A program made the translations under genes and the position numbers. A DNA stretch of 64,000 bases from Phoronis australis (lineage: Eukaryota > Animalia > Phoronida). Positions 56,588 through 64,000 of this stretch are shown here, piece by piece; position 1 is the first letter of the stretch, and every line of letters begins with the position of its first letter. The stretch is taken from contig NMRA01000158.1 of NCBI GenBank assembly GCA_002633005.1, forward strand, positions 684,433 through 748,432. The letters are read 5' to 3'. The notes beneath the pieces are model-generated. The model did no database searches. It was given only the letters and a program-made list of their open reading frames with translations, and was not told the DNA's origin.

Positions 56588-59523
56588 ACTTCACAATAGC
56601 TGAAAAAAGTTCAACTAAGTAATTAAGACCGCATCACAATCTAGAAATAATTTATAGACATTATCTCAACAACTAAATGTTTTTTCATTCCCAGACACTT
56701 TGCACTTTTGCTAGTGAGATATTTTTTTAAAAAATAGTTGTGGGGAACGCGATACCAAATTTCTAAGTTAAGTCCGAAGTCACTTTTCAAGAAACAAAAC
56801 ACCGTTCTTAAAAGATTTTGGCACGACGCCTCTCTAACCAGTGATATACTGGTGATCGGATTCATCATTTCCTGCCAGCAGAGAATGTATACATTACATG
56901 GCTTGCCTCAAATGTAAACATGTCTGCACACAGCAGGCCAGTAAAAAGTAAAACATGCAATAAAGTCTGCAGAATATGACTGGCATGCTGACATAAACAT
57001 ACAATCTAGAGGAATACCAGAGAAGTTCACAGGCCTACCACACTCATTTGGTTAAACATCCATATCCCAATTTTCAAAATTTTCACTTTGAAATGGCCAA
57101 GATTAGTCAAGCATACGCTCACAAGATTAATGCAGACAGGACTTTTAATTCCTTGAAAGCACCAAGACACAACAACTTCATGAAGTTTCACCCCTACTAA
57201 TGCCCACAATTCGTTACCAGTGCATTTTAATCTCGAGTTTTACTTGAATATCGACAGGTGAGATAAAACTCGCTCAACTTTTCAAAACATTTTCTTTGTA
57301 AACGCTCATGCTTGGTTTAACACCCACATTTTGATTCTTGAATTTCTCAATGCTCAACAACCCAGGCAATATCCCGGACGAGTACAGTACATATCAACAA
57401 CACTTGAAGAAGAGGTTTTGGAGGAATAAAGGAACAAGGGTAGACCCAATGATAACAACAAGAATGTTATCTGGTGATTTGACAATGTTATGACTAAAGT
57501 TTGAACACAGGGATAACACTGACAAAAACATTTCACAATAAAACACTTTAATCACTATCGCTTTCAAATGAGCACCGTGAATGCAAGCAGTTTTTCATTT
57601 GCAAAAACTCTAACCAGGTACACAGGTGGGCTATCCCTGTAGGTGATTTTTTTTTCTAGCAGTTGGTTTGGTTTCCTCACCACCCAATTTACTTTTACGT
57701 AAAATTAAGTCAAAATACTTCACTCTCAGCTATCAATTACTGCAACGAGAAACAAATGCTTGATCATGTCTGTGCATGTGCAACTAATTATATCCAAAAT
57801 TGGTGAGATTTTATCGCAGAATCCAATGATAATGTTTTTGGCAAAAATGGTCTCTAATATAGAACTTTCCCCTACAAACACCCTGTGTAACTACACCATC
57901 GCATGTGGCCATGACATTTAACCTTGACATTATCTTGTATTTTCCCTTAATAGGCATGATGAAATATTAGATTACCAAAATAGTACTTTACAAGTAACAC
58001 CAGCATAAATAAACTTGAGTGTGATCATTTGCTGTCACAGTTATTCTCCAGTTGTCAATGTTTTTGGTTCAACCCAGGCAAATTCATAACAAGTCAGGGT
58101 GAGCAACGTTAACACATAAATGTATCAGACATAATGACATTCCTTGCAAAAACCCCAACATGTCCAAAGAAAATAATGTCAAGTCACAAATCTTAACAGG
58201 AAAACTTGTTGATTTACAGTTAAACACCTGAATCACTTGCATTAGTAGGGACATAATGACTAACCACCTTAATCCAAATATTTCAACAAGTCTTCCACCT
58301 ACAAACCAAGTGTGCAAGCAGCACCACCTAGTGACAAGATGAGGAAATGAAATTTCTGATTTGACACCACCTCAGTTACTGAGAGTTACAAATGTGATTT
58401 CAATGTGCAAGTCAAATGCAATAACATTGAAAAATAACACAATAATAATATGAATATTGCTATCCAGGCCTTTATGCACCTTACGTCCTGGGCGTCCTAG
58501 CACTAATCCGGAAGCCCTGGCAAGGACGCCCTGGCAAGGACGCCCAATGTATCATTTGGAGCCCACTGTCAATATGAACCTTTCAACTTTGGACTCACAC
58601 ATTGTAATGAATACTAGGAAGACTCTGAAGGCTCACAGTGGGGGCTCTTTTTTCAAAGCAGGAAGAAATATACAATGTATATACAAAGTATATGCATTGT
58701 TGCTATTTTGACACTTGATTGACAGCATTATAAAAGTCTTGATCTAGCTTTTTTAGTAAAAATGCTCACCATAGAAGGCTGTTTTATAAACTTAGATGTA
58801 AAAACCTTGGTCTATGCATTTTTTGTAAAAAAATCTGTGTGTTTGGGGGTATTGCTGGGGGTGGGGGGTTACGCGTCGGAATCATGGACGCCCTGGAATA
58901 TTTGGAACCCCGTTTTGGACACCCTATTTTCAAAATCTTGGATAAAGTACCGTTGCTATCTATGGTGGTTGTAAAGGGTTTTCAGTCTGAACTCTGTGGA
59001 TGGAGTAATTGTAATTTCTGTCAATAGAGTTAATAAAAGATAATAACTATCGACGCAGTTAATGAGATATAGTACAGGTAAGTCTCTCAATGCAGTTAAT
59101 AAGTCTATTGATAGACAGTAACTCTATTGGTCATTGCACTGGATATTTTTTGTCCAGTCTTAAATAAGATAGTAATCTTATTGATCATTTACTGATAGTA
59201 ACTATGTTGATATAGTTAGGACTAGGACCACTACAGCCAACGTAAATGACAATAATAAAATTCAACGGATTCAAAAAACCACCTTGCGTCAAAATTTTAA
59301 AGTTAATCTATCTACTTTATTTCCATCTAGCTGGAAACTTGAGCCAAAACCAAGCAAGTAAAAGCTTTTGCAGAACTCTATAATAAAAAACAAGTTGTTA
59401 CTGGCACCTCTGAGCTTCTCGTTTCAGACAGACATTTTGCCCCTTGGCTTGTGCTAAATTCGGATTCTATTTTATAGGCAACCATGACAGCTAGGAATTT
59501 TTCATTTCAGAAAGTGAACATAC

Positions 59524-59656
59524 CTCCTCAGTTTCTTGGTCAATTTCAAACATTTTCAATTTCTCTATTTTTTCTTTGTGCCGCCTCACTGGAGATCGCC
59601 CTCTTTTCCGCTCGGTCTCTGGACTGGAACTGACGTATTCATTCATTTCTTGATCT
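59524..59656 (-). CDS. TJP1: Upstream internal exon (DQEMNEYVSSSPETERKRGRSPVRRHKEKIEKLKMFEIDQETEE)
   Basis: cccttttgcag| (phase 2) and GAG|gtatgt (phase 0); bridges the 63-kb exon to the PDZ1 exon in frame. Confidence 0.7.
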
Positions 59657-60570
59657 CTGCAAAAGGGTGTGATTGCAATAAACAACATATTAAAGCTCCA
59701 TGTAGTGCCACCCTTGAAAAACATTATAATTGTGGTTTGTGTTTTCGTGTGGAACCATTCGTATCGGTACTTTAACTCAGCACCATTGCCCCTGAAAGCA
59801 CATGACAATAGAATAGCCTGAATGGAATTCATTGGCTGCTTCAACTGAAGATTCACTGCCACTGACTTGATATATTCCACTTTCAAGTTCCTAGTTTAGG
59901 CTTGACCTCAAAAGACCTGTGTAGATCATTAATACAATACTAGATGTTGGAATTAAGAGTTTCAAAGAATTGAAGATGATACACCAGCATGGCCCTTATT
60001 ATCTTCAAATCAACACGGTTAATTTTCACAATTTCAGCGAGAACAGTAAAAAAGAGTCGACTCGAAGTACTGCAGGTATTTGGGCCAAAACATGATCGTG
60101 AAATATTGCTCTGCTCAGAATCACAATAACATTTTAACAATTCTACACAATGAAATCAAAAATTTTTAAAATGATTCAAACATATATGACCAAGACTTAC
60201 TAGACTCTTAATGTAAACACACCTTCACTTTTAAAAACTTAGAAATCATAAACACTAGATAAAAACAACTTGCTTTAAGTACCACAAACAATACGAAATG
60301 TGATGACTGCTACCCTCTACAGTGAGAATCCGACACTAATTTACCACCAGCAGACTTACAATATGAATATGAAAACTACTGCCCTCTTTTGTAAGGGATG
60401 AAAGGATTAATCTCTAGGCATCTGCACATCAATTTTCAAATATTAATCTCAAAACTCTACAAAACCCTGCTTAATGGTTAAGTACATCAGAAGGTCTTAG
60501 AAAGACAAAATGTAGGAAGTAGAACTCGTGATATTTGCCTGAAGAAGGAAGCTACCACTTGACAGTGGCG

Positions 60571-60710
60571 GCACTTGATCGACTTCGCCAGTTCTGCCTG
60601 GTCAACTGGTTAGCACATCTGATTGGTTCTCTATGACGACTTCTGGCTTACAGACCAATGAGATGTCTTAGCCGATTGACCCAGCAGAAACAGCGAAGTC
60701 GATCAAGTGC
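60571..60710. repeat. 140-bp imperfect palindrome (hairpin MITE-like)
   Basis: GCACTTGATCGACTTCGC...GCGAAGTCGATCAAGTGC with further pairing inward over about 55 bp. Confidence 0.8.
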
Positions 60711-60764
60711 TGACAAGCGTTAAAATGTAAATTGAAGACACAAGTTTTTAACAAATCAAATTAC

Positions 60765-61483
60765 ATTTTAGGCAGATCATACTTCGCTCGGGCATTCATA
60801 ACAGTAGCTGGTACCACTAGAGTGACTCGTTTCCCTGTAGTCGCTTGACCTAAGCTGCCCCTTGGTGATGGACTACTTTTCTCTGTAGCAGTCTGAGTGC
60901 TGGTACAGTTCTCATCACAGCATCCATTTGGTGTTCCATCTTTCTCCATAGGAGGGGCATTTTTTCTCACAGTCTTGGCATTTGCTTCAGGGCAACAGTC
61001 CTCCTCAGCACCCTTCAATACAATGACTTGCTCTCCCAAGGATGGGATATGTTTGCCAGGGGCCTGTACTCTTCCACCTTCCTCTACTCTAGTACCTTTC
61101 TCTTTCATGGTTTGGGCCTTGTGGACACAGTCACCTGTGGTTCCATCATCTTCCATTAAAGTGACACATTCACTCATGGTTGGTGTACCCACCTCACAGT
61201 CTGCCATCATTCTTCCTCCCTCTGCTATAACAGTAGGGCCCCCGTCGCCACAGTCACCTGTTCCTTCGCCTTTTACTATGGCAACAAGCTTCCCATCACC
61301 ACTGGCCGTGGTCCCACAACACCTCTCAGGGGGTGCGCCACCTTCCCCCGAGTCCTCTACCCCCACCGCTACACACCCAGCTCCACCTTCTCCATTACAA
61401 CTGGACCCTTCAAGTGACACTTGCAACAAATTGTCTATCAATTGCTGAAACGTCTCATGTTCTTCACAGCCTTCCGTTTCCAT
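60765..61483 (-). CDS. 240-aa Gly/Glu/Thr/Cys-rich ORF; candidate alternative first exon
   Basis: Long GC-rich ORF with ATG and an upstream in-frame stop; AT|gtaatt at its end is a weak phase-2 donor compatible with exon 59524-59656. Confidence 0.5.
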
Positions 61484-63004
61484 CTCAACAATCGGTCTAC
61501 TTCAGGACTGCAGTATTTCTACTTCTCCTAATTTTCTCTTGCGTTTCTAAGTCCTAATAACTACCATAAATCACACAACACTATGTGGTCCCACAAGATA
61601 TCATTGTGCGAATGACTGGCCTTGCGAAGACTCAAAGAGAGTGGTCTGGTTGTGACAAGAACGGATATCTATTGACATTACGTCTGGCAGCCAAAAATGA
61701 GGTAGTTAAGAAGATAAGGCTTGCAACTTAAGTTCAGTCTTGCCATATACTATTGTAATTAGCCAGATTTTGATGGACTATTATGTTACAGAATCTTGTT
61801 TTACTAGTCTGGATATCTCAATGCAGAGTAATTAAAGACAGGGTTGGAAGGTCTGGCTAGTGTGCAGTAACACTGATGTTAAGGACTCATTAGCAGTCAT
61901 AGACTTCTCAATGAAATATGATCTTTCTATTAAAAGTCCAAGACTACAAAGTTGATAAAACAAATTCAGATAAGAGTAAATATTAAATCATGTGATCCAC
62001 TAGATGTATAGTTCATTATCAATGGAACAAACTACACAAAAGTCTTCCTTAACACAAAGTCAATATGCGCATAGTGATGACGTTTTTACTGGTCAAATAG
62101 CAGGTTAACCAGCTGATTCATCACAATAAAAGGGCTAAACAGACTTTGAAGATACCACCCTAAAACCAACACTGTTCCAAGAACCAGTTATTAGTGGCGA
62201 AATGTGCAAGACATTGTGGATGACTGAATCATCATTCAAGTACAACAGCACACTGACACATTACAGCTGAGAGATTTGCAAAGACCCTGATTTTAGATTT
62301 TGAAAAATTGTGAAATACATTTTTTCTGTTTTGTAAATAAGCAAATTCCATATTTTTTCGAAATACTTGCCTTACTCTAGCCGTCACTATCAAAAAGGAT
62401 GTACAACTACTTAAACATGTGGACTACAAAGGTATCATTGATAGACTTGTGGACAGAATCGGTCTCATTTTATCAATTTGATAAAATATATTTCTAACTT
62501 TTTGGTGATATTAATTTTAAAGAGACAGAAATATTATATAATTATTGAAACTGAAACATGTGAATTCCACTTCAAACCGGCAAATATGTGAAAGAACTCC
62601 AATTTCGTAATTTCTGTCCCTCTTTCGTTATCACAGAACAACAAGGTCTCAACAAGAAAAGAAAATTTACCCGGGGGGTAGGGGTCCCAGGGCTTTTCTT
62701 CCAAATAACGGCTATGGTTTGAAACTGCACATGCGAAGTCCAGACCAATGAAATACCACCCACAGCAACCAGGACGGTGGGTCCCCGAGACAATGCCGGG
62801 TAATGAAAAAAGACCAACTACCCATACAAGATATAAAAAACAATTTACCTAGATAAGACAATCTGGCACAGAAGCAAAATTATGAACTCAAGAGAATACT
62901 AGAGAGGGTAAAATACCTACCTGAGTTGGCATCGCGTCCCCACCACTCCTTCCTCATATGTGAAACCCTCCCCCAGTAACTGGTGCCTATTCTCTACCCC
63001 TTAC

Positions 63005-63218
63005 CTGTTACTCATTTTCTGTGCTTTAACTGCAAGGTTCTCTAAACTCTGTATAGCTTTATCTCGCTCATTCTTCATCTCCTGACACTGTCTCACTGCC
63101 TCATCCCTCTCCTCCACGGCGCGTGCATTCTCCCTCAGAACAGCGTCCCTTTCTTTTAAAGCCAGCTCAAAACCCAACTGAAGAGCTTGTGTGGGGCTTT
63201 TATCCTCAGAGCCGTCCT
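63005..63218 (-). CDS. TJP1: Upstream internal coiled-coil exon (ALKERDAVLRENARAVEERDEAVRQCQEMKNERDKAIQSLE)
   Basis: tatttacag| (phase 1) and AG|gtaagg (phase 2); ERD motifs spaced 14 aa apart (two heptads); gene continues beyond the window. Confidence 0.7.
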
Positions 63219-64000
63219 CTGTAAATAACAACCACACTTGGTCACTCAACAGGTAGGAGTCCTATCCCCAATAAACCACATGTGGAAACCAAATCTAGAC
63301 AGGCATAGTCTTCACATGTTGATGAGACATGCCAAGAAGAGGTCTGGTCAGCTGAGTCATCTAAACAGTGGATAGGGTAACTACCGGTACCATCAAAGTA
63401 TCAACCACCCTCTTGATAGCCTTTGGCAATAAAATGTCAATAATTGAACCAAATCCTCCCCTACTGCAATGAGAATTGATTCGATTGATTAGAAAAGGAA
63501 CCTATGGACCATTGAAGATCAGTACTGGGCACAAAGGTCATAACAAACAAAGACACTAAAGAAACATCAAAAAGGCAATCACAAGACATGGGAATGAGGC
63601 ATTTTACCTAAAATGAAAGCAAACAATCAGAACATGAAGGTGAAAGTTGAATTACACAGGTGTAGTCACAATACAGAAAGAAAACAGTGCTCAAACTACC
63701 AAGATAAACAAGGAACTATGCACGCACTGTACAACATTATGGAAATCATTTCTTGATAATCTAAATTCCTGTTTTCTAATGACAAAGCACCAGATTAGCC
63801 TCACTTTTCCAATATCATCCATAGTTCTGTGCCTAATGCAACAATTTATAAACTGTTTTCAAAAACTCTGAGAAGCTAAAATGGACCCCATGTTTGGAAG
63901 TGAAGACATATATTTATATTTAGCTATGCACTTTAAACCTTACTTCTCTTGGTTAGTGCCCTGGGGGCTTGAATTTGATAATTTAAAAATTACAGGGTGA

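Noticed and set aside
60897-61448. 183-aa plus-strand Ser/Pro-rich ORF
   Set aside because: Antisense shadow of the minus-strand ORF, without an ATG start.

Overview
AT-rich, intron-rich animal genomic DNA, probably from a marine invertebrate. Almost the whole window is one minus-strand gene encoding a ZO-1/TJP1 (polychaetoid-like) MAGUK scaffold with PDZ1-PDZ2-PDZ3-SH3-GK, a Pro/Tyr-rich tail and ZU5, ending ...[10 protein letters not shown] traced 31 phase-consistent GT-AG exons by hand from 36341 to 5661 (4362 nt, about 1453 aa). Upstream (38.8-63.2 kb) are several candidate, mutually alternative 5' exons that are all splice-compatible with the PDZ1 exon. They include a CARMA/DLG5-like coiled-coil exon continuing beyond the window and an exon with a triple W-x-R-x-x-I-L motif. 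The introns hold many MITEs, a Helentron-associated element, a foldback MITE, a 35-unit 19-bp minisatellite, Penelope relics with hammerhead-like motifs, LINE/SINE fragments and a probable haplotype false duplication at an N. No prokaryotic systems or CRISPR arrays are present. All splicing models come from sequence alone, without transcript data.
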